Source: Thermoanaerobaculia bacterium (GTDB lineage: Bacteria > Acidobacteriota > Thermoanaerobaculia > UBA5066). Taken from it: DNA of 64,000 nucleotides. The position numbers were made by a program, and so were the translations under genes. Under the pieces are notes generated by a model that was not told the DNA's origin, searched no databases, and worked only from the letters and a program-made list of their open reading frames with translations. Numbering within the stretch: the stretch's first letter is position 1; each line of letters starts with the position of its first letter. Positions 10,606-19,893 of this stretch are shown piece by piece. The stretch lies in NCBI GenBank assembly GCA_963816185.1, contig CAWFJJ010000030.1, forward strand, positions 352,001 through 416,000. The letters are read 5' to 3'.

Positions 10606-11229
10606 TCAGCGCCGGAGCGTGAACGTGCTGGCGGGCAGCGCTTCGCCGCCGCCGAGCACGATCCACGTGTACGTCGTCCCAGGGCGGAGCTTCGCACGCT
10701 CCGCTTCGGGAAATGCGACGGGCTTCCCCGGGTCAGACGGGACGCTCGTCCAGACGTAGCGCCTTTCTGCGTCGAAGACGCTCACGCGCACGCTCGCGGC
10801 GCCGCTCCGCGGGAACCGGAATTCGGCCGGCGGGGCCGCGATTTCACCCGAAGGGGAGAAGGCGCCGGGCGACGCAACGCCGCCGCGCAGCACGTCGGCC
10901 CCCCGGCGCGGGAGGAACATGACGAGCGCGACGGCCAGGCACACGGCGGCCGCCGTCGCAAGGGCAGTCATGGAGCCGAACACCGGGCGCCTCGGCACGG
11001 GCGCTCCGGCGAATTTCGTCCACGCAGCCCGGGCCCGGCGCGCTTCGTCTCCGAAAAGACCCGGCGGCCGCGCGTCGAACTGCTCGAGCGCGGCCAGCTC
11101 CGCGCTGCAGTCGGCGCACGTCGCCGCGTGGGCGAGCACCTCGGCCGACGCCTCGCTTTTCGGAGAGGCGTGGGCGCGGTAGAGGGACTCGGCGTCGGGA
11201 TGCGGCCCGCGCGGTTTCGGTGGGATCAA
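10606..11229 (-). CDS. Anti-sigma factor-like protein (HxxxCxxC zinc motif, one TM, extracytoplasmic domain)
   Basis: HAATCADC, TM ALATAAAVCLAVALVMFL, then DVLRG; TTG overlaps the sigma stop. Confidence 0.72.
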   Translation of the reverse strand: MIPPKPRGPHPDAESLYRAHASPKSEASAEVLAHAATCADCSAELAALEQFDARPPGLFGDEARRARAAWTKFAGAPVPRRPVFGSMTALATAAAVCLAVALVMFLPRRGADVLRGGVASPGAFSPSGEIAAPPAEFRFPRSGAASVRVSVFDAERRYVWTSVPSDPGKPVAFPEAERAKLRPGTTYTWIVLGGGEALPASTFTLRR

Positions 11230-11735
11230 GAGAGCACCTCGCGCAGCCGCCGCCTCGCGTTCCAGACCTGCACCTTCACGGTGCCGGACGACAGCGAGAG
11301 GCGCTCGGCGATCTCGTCGTACGGCAGCTCCTCCTGCACGCGCAAGAGGAAGCAGGCACGCATCCGGGCCGGCAGGGCCGCGAGGCCGTCGCGGACGCGG
11401 TCGAGCTTCTCTTTCTCGACGACTTCGCGCTCGGGAGACGGGGCCGCGCCCTCGAGGTCGCGGTTCTCGAGAGCCTCGGCCCGCGAATCGTCGTTCCGAC
11501 GCCACGCGTCGCGGGCCACGTTCCGGGCGACGCTGTAGACCCAGGGAGCGAAAAGTGTAATGTCTCGCACCTTCCCTCTCCCCCGGTAGACGTTCAGGAG
11601 CGCCGTCTGGCATAGATCGTCGGCGTCTTCGACAGCGAAGCCGAGGGAGCGGAAGTATCGGAAGAGCCTCGGGTGGTACTCGAGAAAGACCTCGCGGAAG
11701 TCGCCGAGCGTCGCGGCCGGACTCTCGGTGCTCAT
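11226..11735 (-). CDS. ECF RNA polymerase sigma factor
   Basis: Region 2 (DADDLCQ..FAPWVYSVARN) and region 4 (LPYDEIAERLSLSSGTVKVQVWNARRRL); ATGA overlap with the CHAT gene. Confidence 0.9.
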   Translation of the reverse strand: MSTESPAATLGDFREVFLEYHPRLFRYFRSLGFAVEDADDLCQTALLNVYRGRGKVRDITLFAPWVYSVARNVARDAWRRNDDSRAEALENRDLEGAAPSPEREVVEKEKLDRVRDGLAALPARMRACFLLRVQEELPYDEIAERLSLSSGTVKVQVWNARRRLREVLS

Positions 11736-14700
11736 CGTCCGTCTCCGAACAGCTCGAAAGCGGCCCAGTGCCAGGGGCGCGCGAACTCCGCGCCCGCCTC
11801 GCCCGAGATGAGGGCGCGCTGGGCGCTCCGGAGAGCGTCGTCCTTGCGCTGCCCGCGCGCGAGGCCGCGGTAGAAGCGGGTCATCAGCTCCTTCGTCGAA
11901 CGGTCCGACACGGACCATAGTGAAGCCGCTACCGTCCGTGCACCGGCGATCTGGAAAGCGCGCGTAAGACCCACGAGCCCTTCCCCGCCGCCGCCCGAGC
12001 CGAGCCCGGTTTCGCAGCCTGACAGCGTGACGAGGTCCGCGTCGAGGCGCATCGAATCCACGATGTCCCACGCGGAAAGCAGTCCCGCCGTGCCCGCGCT
12101 CGGTTCGCCCGTGTCATCGGGCGCAAGGGCGAGGGCCGACTCCATCGGGAAACGGAAATCCACGAGGGCGTGCGTCGCGAAGTGGACGTATCGAACGAAG
12201 CGGCCGAGCCGGTGCGCGCGCTCGCGCGTGGCCGTCTTTCCCGTGAAGACGACCTTCGGCCCCATCCAGAGGCCGGCGATCGCCTTTGCCTCTTCTCGGG
12301 CGCCCGGGAGCGGTGCGAGGCCCTTTCGATAGCGCGCGAGCGGCGCGCTCTCGGCTCCGCGGACCACGTCGCCGAACGCCGTCCCGGCAGAGGCCTGATC
12401 GGCCGCCTCGGGAAGCGCCGGATCCGCAAAGACGACGAGCCGGGCGGGCCCCCTCGTGCCGGCCGCGTGCCGCATCTCGGCGAACGCCGTGGCCGAAGGC
12501 GCGACGACGTAAGGCAAGCGCTCGGCGAGCCACGAGCCGTCACCCCCGGGGGCGACGATCGCGCCGAAAGGCAGAGTCAGGAGCGGCCCGTCGGGGGCGA
12601 GGAGAAGCCGTTCGGCGCGCGCGAGCGAAGCCGCGGCCGGCCCCAGGAGCAGCGCGCCGAGCTGCCCGGCCTGTACGCGGGCTCGGGCCGCCTCGGGCTC
12701 GCCGGAGACGAGGAGACTGCGGTAGATCTCGACTTCGCGCCGAAGAGAGTCGGCCCCCTCCGCGATCGTCCGGACTTCCAGGCTCTTCTTGTCTTCGCCG
12801 GAGCCGGGAGACACGACGAACAGCAGAGTTCGCGAAGGCTCGACCGCCCAGGCGAGAAAGAGCGTCCCTGGGTCGAGGACCGCGCGGATGCCCGCGAGGT
12901 CGAGCGGCTGCGGATGGAGCGCGCGCGCGAGGAGAGGATCCGACGCCGCGAGCAGCGAGACGAGCCCGGCGCGGTCGGTCCGAAGATCGCGGAGCTTCGC
13001 TTCCGCCGCCTCGAGCTTCGCCGCGTCCTTCTCGGGATCGAGAGAGGCGAGAGACTTCTCCGCCTCCGCCTCGGCGGCAGCCAATTCTCCACGCCGCTTC
13101 GCGAGCGCCTCGGGAAGGCGGCCGGCGATCGAGTCCCGCGTCTTGAGCATCGACAGCAGGCGTCGCGCGCGCGAACGCTCGAGGACGTGGAGCGCATCGG
13201 CCTCGCGCCCGCGGGCCAGGAGGAAGTCGATGTAGTCCCGGTAGACGTCGGCGGTCCACGTTGCGAACGCGGCGGCGCCGTCGTACGCGACGCCGAGCCG
13301 GTCGGCCTGCTCCTCGAGGGCGGAAAGGCCGCTCTCGAATGATCGCTCGGCTCCCGCGTCGTCCCCGCTCTCGGCGAGGACCTTCGCGAGGACGTCCCAC
13401 GCGGAGGCCTCGGCCGAGGATCCCGGCACGATCCTCCGGTGAAACTCGGCGGATTCCCTCGCGAGCGGCAGGGCCTCGGCCGCCTTCCCCTGTGCGAGCA
13501 GCGCCTCCGCCAGCGACCGGCGTGCTCCGGCCGTCGGGAGGGCGCGCGGGGCGAGCCGCGCGCCGATTGTGAGCGCTGACTTCAGATGCTCTTCTGCCGC
13601 GGGCCACTCCCCGACGCTCGACTCGATCTCGGCCACTCGCACGAGATTGGAGGCCTCGAGGAGGGAGCCCGGAGCCAGCTTTCTCGCCCCGTCGAGGGCG
13701 CGCCGACCCAGCGCCCTCGCCTCGTCGGGCCGCCCTCCGAGAAGCGTCACGCGCGCGAGGTCCGACAGGGACGCCACGACGTCGCGACCCTCCGGCGCGA
13801 GCGTCTCGCGGATCGCGAGGGCCTTGCGGTGGCGCTCCTCGACCAGCGCGAAGTCGCCGCGCTCGAGCGCCACGTTTCCGAGGTTCGCCGTGATGCCGGC
13901 GACGTTCATCGAGCCCGGTGCCGCCCGTTCGAAGCGGACTGCGGCCTGTCCATAGGCCTCTTCGGCCCCGCCGAGGTCGCCTCGCTGCTTGAGGATGACG
14001 CCGAGGCTGTTCCATATCGCTGCCGCCAAGGCGCCCTCTGGATCGCGCTCGAGGACGATCGCGAGTGCGCGGCGCTGGTCGGCCTCCGCGGCGGCGAAGT
14101 CACCCCTCATCCTCGCGATCGTGCCGAGGCCGTTGTAGCAGGACTCGGCGATGTCGCCTTTCGGCGCGAGTCGCGAGGCGATCGCGAGGGCCCTCGTGAG
14201 ACGGTGGCGGGCCTCGTCGAGGTCGTCGCGACGCGTCGCAAGCCCGCCAATGCTCAGGAGGATGCGGGCGTGCTCGAGGGACCCTGGCGCACTCTTCTCG
14301 ATCATCGCGAGCGCGTTCCGGACGAGCTCTTCGCCTTCCTTCTCCTGCCCCTTGAAGTTGCCGAGGAAGAGGCCGAGCGCGGCGAGCGCCAGCGCCTGCG
14401 GCGGCCCGCCAGCGTCCGTCCGCGCGCGGATCGCGAGGGCCTCGCGGAGCGCCTCCTCGGCGCCCTTGCCGTCCTGGAGGAAGATGAGCGTGCGGGCCTC
14501 GGAGCGCAAGACGAGGGCGCGGAGCCGGTCGTCCTTGGTCCGGAGGCTCGCCTCGCGAGCGGCCTCCCATTCGATCTTCGCGTCGGCGTAGCGGGCCTTG
14601 GCCGAAAGTTCGGCGGCGCGCTCGAGCGTCTGCCAGAGCGCCATATCTCCCTCAACGTCTGGCCGCGTCCTCAACCGCCACTCGCCGCCGCCGAGCCGCA

Positions 14701-14983
14701 CGACGGCCCTCTTCCCGGAGCGCGTATAGGCGACCGTGATCGGACCCCGCGGAACCTGCGCGAGCTCGAGGTCGTCGACTTCCCATGGGGCGAGGAACGC
14801 GCCGGATGCCGCGGTCGACGACTTCGTCGCAGCGCGTCGCCACGAGACGAGACGATCGCCGGGTTTCAGGTGTGCCTTCGCGGCCTCGCCGCCGGGCCTC
14901 GCCTCGACCACCACGACGTCCGCCCTGCCGGCCGAGCCGAAGGCCAGAACGGCGGCGGCAGCGAGGAGGCGTGGACGGGTCAT
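11732..14983 (-). CDS. Exported TPR-CHAT (caspase HetF-associated) protease with N-terminal PDZ-like segment
   Basis: Signal peptide MTRPRLLAAAAVLAFGSAGRA; PGGEAAKAHLKPGDRLV; many TPRs; HFATHA and LSGCETG His/Cys dyad; PWHWAAF end. Confidence 0.9.
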   Translation of the reverse strand: MTRPRLLAAAAVLAFGSAGRADVVVVEARPGGEAAKAHLKPGDRLVSWRRAATKSSTAASGAFLAPWEVDDLELAQVPRGPITVAYTRSGKRAVVRLGGGEWRLRTRPDVEGDMALWQTLERAAELSAKARYADAKIEWEAAREASLRTKDDRLRALVLRSEARTLIFLQDGKGAEEALREALAIRARTDAGGPPQALALAALGLFLGNFKGQEKEGEELVRNALAMIEKSAPGSLEHARILLSIGGLATRRDDLDEARHRLTRALAIASRLAPKGDIAESCYNGLGTIARMRGDFAAAEADQRRALAIVLERDPEGALAAAIWNSLGVILKQRGDLGGAEEAYGQAAVRFERAAPGSMNVAGITANLGNVALERGDFALVEERHRKALAIRETLAPEGRDVVASLSDLARVTLLGGRPDEARALGRRALDGARKLAPGSLLEASNLVRVAEIESSVGEWPAAEEHLKSALTIGARLAPRALPTAGARRSLAEALLAQGKAAEALPLARESAEFHRRIVPGSSAEASAWDVLAKVLAESGDDAGAERSFESGLSALEEQADRLGVAYDGAAAFATWTADVYRDYIDFLLARGREADALHVLERSRARRLLSMLKTRDSIAGRLPEALAKRRGELAAAEAEAEKSLASLDPEKDAAKLEAAEAKLRDLRTDRAGLVSLLAASDPLLARALHPQPLDLAGIRAVLDPGTLFLAWAVEPSRTLLFVVSPGSGEDKKSLEVRTIAEGADSLRREVEIYRSLLVSGEPEAARARVQAGQLGALLLGPAAASLARAERLLLAPDGPLLTLPFGAIVAPGGDGSWLAERLPYVVAPSATAFAEMRHAAGTRGPARLVVFADPALPEAADQASAGTAFGDVVRGAESAPLARYRKGLAPLPGAREEAKAIAGLWMGPKVVFTGKTATRERAHRLGRFVRYVHFATHALVDFRFPMESALALAPDDTGEPSAGTAGLLSAWDIVDSMRLDADLVTLSGCETGLGSGGGGEGLVGLTRAFQIAGARTVAASLWSVSDRSTKELMTRFYRGLARGQRKDDALRSAQRALISGEAGAEFARPWHWAAFELFGDGR

Positions 14984-15040
14984 CGATAGATCCTGCCCGG
15001 GGATCTTAGTGCGGCCCGAAAACGCGACGGGCCGGCCCCG

Positions 15041-15092
15041 AAAAAGACGAAAAGTCTCTATGCCGCTGGCTCGCGCCTGTCGTCTTTCCCGT
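15041..15092 (+). promoter_or_regulatory. 52-bp conserved upstream element, copy 1 (putative ECF promoter)
   Basis: AAAAAGACGAAAAGTCTCTATGCCGC-N14-CGTCTTTCCCGT, repeated with identical spacing at 16789-16840. Confidence 0.6.
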
Positions 15093-15135
15093 ACGAATTC
15101 GGTGCAGACAAGAGGCGCCGCGAGGAGGAGAAGGT

Positions 15136-16746
15136 ATGCGAACAGAAGCACGGAGACTGGTAATCGCCTTCGGCGCGGGCGCCATCCTCGGCGGGTGTCT
15201 CCTAAGCGGGTTTGCCCGCGCGCAGGAGCAGCCCCTCCCCCCTCGAGTGGGTCACGAGGAGACCCTAAATGCCCGGGCGACGCTCGCGGGTCGGCCCGTG
15301 TCGCGTTCGCCCGAGCCTCTCAGTCTCATGTCTCCTCAGGACCGGCGACAAGCCGTAGACGCGTACTGGGGAGAAGGGCTATCGACGGCGGACAAGCTCG
15401 TGTTATTCGACAAGTTCTGGCGGTACGCAGACGGGAAGTTCGCCGCGTTCCAGGGAATCGACGTGGACTGGGCCGCTCTTCGAGACCGTTATCGGGCGGA
15501 AATCGCGGCGGGCGTCAGCCGGGGCCGGTTCGCCGGAATCATGAATCACCTGTCCCTCGCGCTCCGTGACAGCCACACGGTGGCGCTCGACGTTCCCGTC
15601 AACCTCTTCACCGTGTCCCAGCCTGGGGTGCCGCTGCTCGCGCTCAGCGCCTGGACCTATGACACCTCCGGCACTTGCGAGACCGCGCTGGCGGACGGGT
15701 CGGCCCTGGTGTACTCGGCGGTCCCCGGACATCCTCTCGGACTCGAGCCGGGCGACCGGATCCTCGGCTACGACGGAAGGCCGTGGCGGGAGCTGTATCA
15801 GGAGCTGTTGAGCGAAGAGCTGCCGCTGTGGCCCCTGTGGTGGGGGTCGTCCCCCAGCTCCTTCGACCATTCGTTCGTGATGGCCGCCGCCATGAACTGG
15901 CACCTTTTCGACACCATGGACATCGCGAAGCACGGCAGCGGCCAGGTCGTTCACGTGCCGACGAGCCTCATGCCGGGCGTGATCTGGCACGGGTTCTGTT
16001 CGGAACAGATGAACATCCCGGGTGTCCCGAAGCCCGCGGACTTTTTCAACCTCGATTTCGTCAGCTCGGGCATCGTCGCAGGTACACACATCGGCTACAT
16101 CTACGTCTGGGGCTGGGTTGGAAACGCGGAGCAGGATTTCGCGCAGGCGGTGAATAACCTCACACAAGTCGAGCACGTCGACGGGCTCATCCTCGACTTC
16201 CGATTCAACGAAGGCGGATATATCAACGCGCCATTCCACGGTCTCGCCGAGCTGTTCGCACATCCGGCGCCGACGATGGGCTACGACGACCGAAAGTACC
16301 CGGCCGACCACCTCAAGATGAAACGCCTTTCGCCGCCGAGCGCGTTCAACATGGACTTCACCCCTGACGGCAGCCGCGTCAAGGCGTCCTACGGCGGCCC
16401 GATCGCTGTGCTGGTTGGCCCTGGTGCCGTCAGTGCCGGAGACTTGAGCTCGTTTTGGGCGACGTTCCTTCCGCGCGTCCGCACATTCGGGAAGCCCACA
16501 TCGGCGGCATTCACGATTCCGACCCAACCCGCACTCGGGACGAGCCTCGATCTGAACCCGGACTGGGATACGAAGGTCGGCGAAGCAAACGCATTCGCCG
16601 TCGGCGCGCCGCACGACTATCTGACCCACCGCGAATTCCCGGTCGATGAACTCGTCTGGCTGAAGCCCGACGACGTCGCTGTGGGGAAGGATACGGTCGT
16701 GGAGGCGGCGCTGAGCTGGATTCGTCAGCAAGTCGGGGGCAAGTAG
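15136..16746 (+). CDS. Secreted S41-family peptidase with PDZ domain
   Basis: Signal peptide; LRDSHT, GLEPGDRIL, IGYIYV, LILDFRFNEGG, AVSAGD, TFGKPT. Confidence 0.85.
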   Translation: MRTEARRLVIAFGAGAILGGCLLSGFARAQEQPLPPRVGHEETLNARATLAGRPVSRSPEPLSLMSPQDRRQAVDAYWGEGLSTADKLVLFDKFWRYADGKFAAFQGIDVDWAALRDRYRAEIAAGVSRGRFAGIMNHLSLALRDSHTVALDVPVNLFTVSQPGVPLLALSAWTYDTSGTCETALADGSALVYSAVPGHPLGLEPGDRILGYDGRPWRELYQELLSEELPLWPLWWGSSPSSFDHSFVMAAAMNWHLFDTMDIAKHGSGQVVHVPTSLMPGVIWHGFCSEQMNIPGVPKPADFFNLDFVSSGIVAGTHIGYIYVWGWVGNAEQDFAQAVNNLTQVEHVDGLILDFRFNEGGYINAPFHGLAELFAHPAPTMGYDDRKYPADHLKMKRLSPPSAFNMDFTPDGSRVKASYGGPIAVLVGPGAVSAGDLSSFWATFLPRVRTFGKPTSAAFTIPTQPALGTSLDLNPDWDTKVGEANAFAVGAPHDYLTHREFPVDELVWLKPDDVAVGKDTVVEAALSWIRQQVGGK

Positions 16747-16788
16747 CGGACAAGCCCGGTCTCCGAGACCACGGCGAACTGGTCCAGC

Positions 16789-16840
16789 AAAAAGACGAAA
16801 AGCCTCTATGCCGCCCGCCCGTCTCGCCCGTCTTTCCCGT
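16789..16840 (+). promoter_or_regulatory. 52-bp conserved upstream element, copy 2
   Basis: AAAAAGACGAAAAGCCTCTATGCCGC-N14-CGTCTTTCCCGT, directly before GAAGGGGG RBS and ATG 16855. Confidence 0.6.
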
Positions 16841-16854
16841 TGAAGGGGGCTTCC

Positions 16855-18612
16855 ATGTCTCTGTCTAACCGCTCCAACGCGTCCTGGGTCCGTGCGATCT
16901 GCTTGGGGTTCGCCGTGCTCTCGCTGGTCGCAGGCGCCGCGCAGGCCCAGGTCGTCTCCGAGTTCAGCGCCGGAATCACCGCCCCTGCGGCCCCTACCGG
17001 CATCACCGCCGGGCCCGACGGCAACCTGTGGTTCACGGAATTCAACGGCAACCGGATCGGACGGATTACCACGGCCGGAGTCGTCACCGAGTTCAGCGCC
17101 GGCATCACCGTCGGTGCGGCCCCTGACGGCATCAGCGCCGGGCCCGATGGCAACCTGTGGTTCACGGAATTCAACGTCGACCGGATCGGGCGGATCACCA
17201 CGGCCGGAGTCGTCACCGAGTTCAGCGCCGGCATCACCATCCCTGCGGGCCCTCGCAGCATCACGGCCGGCCCTGATGGCAACCTGTGGTTCACGGAAGC
17301 TGACGACCGGATCGGGCGGATTACCACGGCCGGAGTCGTCACCGAGTTCAGCGCCGGCATCACCGCCCTTGCCCACCCTTACGGCATCACCGCCGGGCCC
17401 GATGGCAACCTCTGGTTCACGGAATTCGACGGCAACCGGATCGGGCGGATTACCACGGCCGGAGTCGTCACCGAGTTCAGCGCCGGCATCACCGCCCTTG
17501 CGGACCCTCGCGGCATCACCGCCGGGCCCGACGGCAACCTGTGGTTCGCGGAATTCAACATCAACGCCAACCGGATCGGGCGGATTACCACGGCCGGAGT
17601 CGTCACCGAGTTCAGCGCCGGCATCACCGCCCCTGCGGGCCCTGTCGAAATCATCGCCGGCCCCGATGGCAACCTTTGGTTCACGGAAGCTGCCGACCGG
17701 ATTGGGCGGATTACGACGGGTGTCACCGTCGCCCCGCCGACGATCGTGAAGTCGTTCGGTGCGGCGAGCATTCCTCTGAACGGCTCGACCTCGCTCAGCT
17801 TCACGATCAACAACCCGAATGCCTCCACGGCGTTGACCGGCATCGGCTTCACCGACACGCTGCCGGCCGGCCTCGTGATCTCGACCCCGAACGGGCTCAC
17901 GGGTAGCTGCGGTGGGGGCACGATCACGGCAACGGCCGGATCGGGTGCCGTCAGCTTGACGGGAGCGACGCTCGCAGCGAGCGCTCAGTGCAACTTCAGC
18001 GCGAACGTGACCGGCACCACGCCGGGAACGAAGAACAACGTCACCAGCGCGGTGACCTCGGTCGAAGGCGGGGCGGGCGGTACGGCCTCGGCGAGTGTGA
18101 CCGTTGCCGCGGCAACAGCCCCGCCGGCAATCGTGAAGTCGTTCGGTGCGGCCAGCATCCCTCTGAACGGATCGACTTCTCTCAGCTTCACGATCGACAA
18201 CCCCAACACTTCCACATCGTTGACGGGCGTCGGGTTCACCGATACGTTGCCGGCTGGCCTCGTGGTCTCGACTCCCAGCGGGCTCACGGGTACCTGCGGC
18301 GGAGGCACGATTACGGCGACGGCCGGCTCGAATGCCGTCAGCCTGACAGGAGCGACGCTCGCAGGGAGCGCCTCGTGCACCTTCAGCGCGAACGTGACCG
18401 GTGACGCGCTGGGAACGCAGACTAATGTCACCGGCGCGGTGACCTCGGTCGAGGGCGGCACGGGCGGCACGGCCAGGGCGGGTGTTACGGTGGTTGCGGG
18501 CGGGCCCGCGGCGCCGACGAACGTTCCCGCGTTGAAGCCATGGGCGCTGGCGCTGCTCGGGCTGCTCCTGGCCGTCGTCGCCGGCATTGCCTTGCGCCAC
18601 AAGATCGGTTAG
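16855..18612 (+). CDS. Surface protein: Vgb-like beta-propeller repeats, two Ig-like (DUF11-like) domains, IPTL-CTERM-like sorting signal
   Basis: Signal peptide; six PxGITAGPDGNLWFTE..RIGRITTAG repeats; two PPxIVKSFGAASIPLNG domains; C-terminal VPALKPWALALLGLLL..RHK. Confidence 0.82.
   Translation: MSLSNRSNASWVRAICLGFAVLSLVAGAAQAQVVSEFSAGITAPAAPTGITAGPDGNLWFTEFNGNRIGRITTAGVVTEFSAGITVGAAPDGISAGPDGNLWFTEFNVDRIGRITTAGVVTEFSAGITIPAGPRSITAGPDGNLWFTEADDRIGRITTAGVVTEFSAGITALAHPYGITAGPDGNLWFTEFDGNRIGRITTAGVVTEFSAGITALADPRGITAGPDGNLWFAEFNINANRIGRITTAGVVTEFSAGITAPAGPVEIIAGPDGNLWFTEAADRIGRITTGVTVAPPTIVKSFGAASIPLNGSTSLSFTINNPNASTALTGIGFTDTLPAGLVISTPNGLTGSCGGGTITATAGSGAVSLTGATLAASAQCNFSANVTGTTPGTKNNVTSAVTSVEGGAGGTASASVTVAAATAPPAIVKSFGAASIPLNGSTSLSFTIDNPNTSTSLTGVGFTDTLPAGLVVSTPSGLTGTCGGGTITATAGSNAVSLTGATLAGSASCTFSANVTGDALGTQTNVTGAVTSVEGGTGGTARAGVTVVAGGPAAPTNVPALKPWALALLGLLLAVVAGIALRHKIG
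16951..17725 (+). repeat. Six near-identical coding tandem repeats (126-132 bp)
   Basis: GAGTTCAGCGCCGGCATCACC..GGCAACCTGTGGTTCACGGAA..ATTACCACGGCCGGA recurs in frame. Confidence 0.9.
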
Positions 18613-18677
18613 GCAAACGCGGGGATTTACGAAATCGCGGTATGCCGCACTTTCGGCTCGCAAGAAAGGAAGAACCC

Positions 18678-19127
18678 ATGAACCAGCATCGCATTAAGGG
18701 ACTTTGTATCGGCGCCGTGCTCCCGCTCCTCCTGTGCGCCGCCAGCGCCCTCGCATCGCCGAAGTCCGAGATCAAAGGCGCGGCGATCCTCGATCACCCT
18801 TGCGGCAAGGTCGCCGTCAAGCATATGGGTCTTGTTCACGCCGGCAAGATGGACGCGGCCGTCAAGCTCGGCACCAAAGAGATGCAGGAGCAATGGAAGA
18901 CGATGTCCGCCGCGGACAAGACGATGATGTCGGGAATGATGAAGGAAATGTCACAGAGCGAGGAGCAATACTCGGCCGACATCAAATCCAGCGGCCTCCT
19001 CCTCGTCGATGGCCCCGCCGCCACCCTGACCGTAAAGAAGACAACCAAAGACAAGAACGGCACCAGCACCTCGACCATGAGGGAGGAGTTCAAGCTCGAC
19101 GGCGGCCGATGGCTGATGAGTCCTTAG
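18678..19127 (+). CDS. Hypothetical exported Lys/Met-rich protein
   Basis: AAGGAAG RBS, signal peptide MNQHRIKGLCIGAVLPLLLCAASALA. Confidence 0.7.
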   Translation: MNQHRIKGLCIGAVLPLLLCAASALASPKSEIKGAAILDHPCGKVAVKHMGLVHAGKMDAAVKLGTKEMQEQWKTMSAADKTMMSGMMKEMSQSEEQYSADIKSSGLLLVDGPAATLTVKKTTKDKNGTSTSTMREEFKLDGGRWLMSP

Positions 19128-19232
19128 GTCGCGCTGAACGGTTGGAGACGGCAATCTACGCCCACGCCCGAACGCTGGCAGAAGAAATAGCACGCTCGGT
19201 GGAACTCGTTTCGAACAATCGGGAGACATCAC

Positions 19233-19781
19233 ATGAGCTACCTTCTTCGGCATGGAACGTTGTGGATCCTTGCGATCGGCCTTTGGTATTCCGGCGGGGC
19301 CATCGCCGGTGTCGCGAGCGTGCGGGCGAACCGTCCGATCTCCGAGGGTGTCGACGCCAAGGGCACGCTCGTCTACAGTAGCCGTGCGGGCGCGCTGAGT
19401 GCGACGCTCAGGTACGCGTGGCTCGTGAAGGGACCCGATTCGGTGGATCCGGGTAAGACGGTTCGCCGCCTGATTCTTTCGGCCGCAGATATTAGAGCGG
19501 CGTTGCAAACTTGCAAGACGATGATGTGCGCCGGCGGCCAGGTAACCGAAGGAATGACCGTGGACTTCGACGCCGGTCCGCGCCTGGGCTACTGGATCGC
19601 GCTGAATGGCCAGAAAGTTCAGTACTCGGGGACGGTGACGCCCGACGCCTTTGCGGCGCGCGTCAACGTCGCCCGTCATCTTGCAGGCAGGCTTGCGATC
19701 GACGACATCGCGGTCGGCGGGCCGAAGGTCGACGTCGAGTTCGACGTCAGGCTGTTGAAGGAATTCAAGCCGGAGCACTGA
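19233..19781 (+). CDS. Hypothetical exported protein
   Basis: GGGAG RBS, hydrophobic N-terminus, CKTMMC pair. Confidence 0.65.
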   Translation: MSYLLRHGTLWILAIGLWYSGGAIAGVASVRANRPISEGVDAKGTLVYSSRAGALSATLRYAWLVKGPDSVDPGKTVRRLILSAADIRAALQTCKTMMCAGGQVTEGMTVDFDAGPRLGYWIALNGQKVQYSGTVTPDAFAARVNVARHLAGRLAIDDIAVGGPKVDVEFDVRLLKEFKPEH

Positions 19782-19893
19782 TCTGCCGAAAATGTGCCCG
19801 GAGCAGCAGAGCTGCACGTCGCCCTTGTGAAGGCGACTTCTCGACAGGGTAGAATCGCCGGCCCGGGATCCCACCTTCGGAGGCTTCTCCCCG

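Noticed and set aside
11732-14983. CHAT protease as a CRISPR-associated or gasdermin defence caspase
   Set aside because: No cas7-11, gasdermin or array nearby; it carries a signal peptide and an ECF/anti-sigma context
16951-17725. Regular repeats resembling a CRISPR array
   Set aside because: In-frame coding propeller repeats of about 129 bp; no unique spacers and no cas genes
15403-18663. 1086-aa antisense ORF with repeats
   Set aside because: Mirror of the repetitive plus-strand gene, which has the signal peptide and sorting signal
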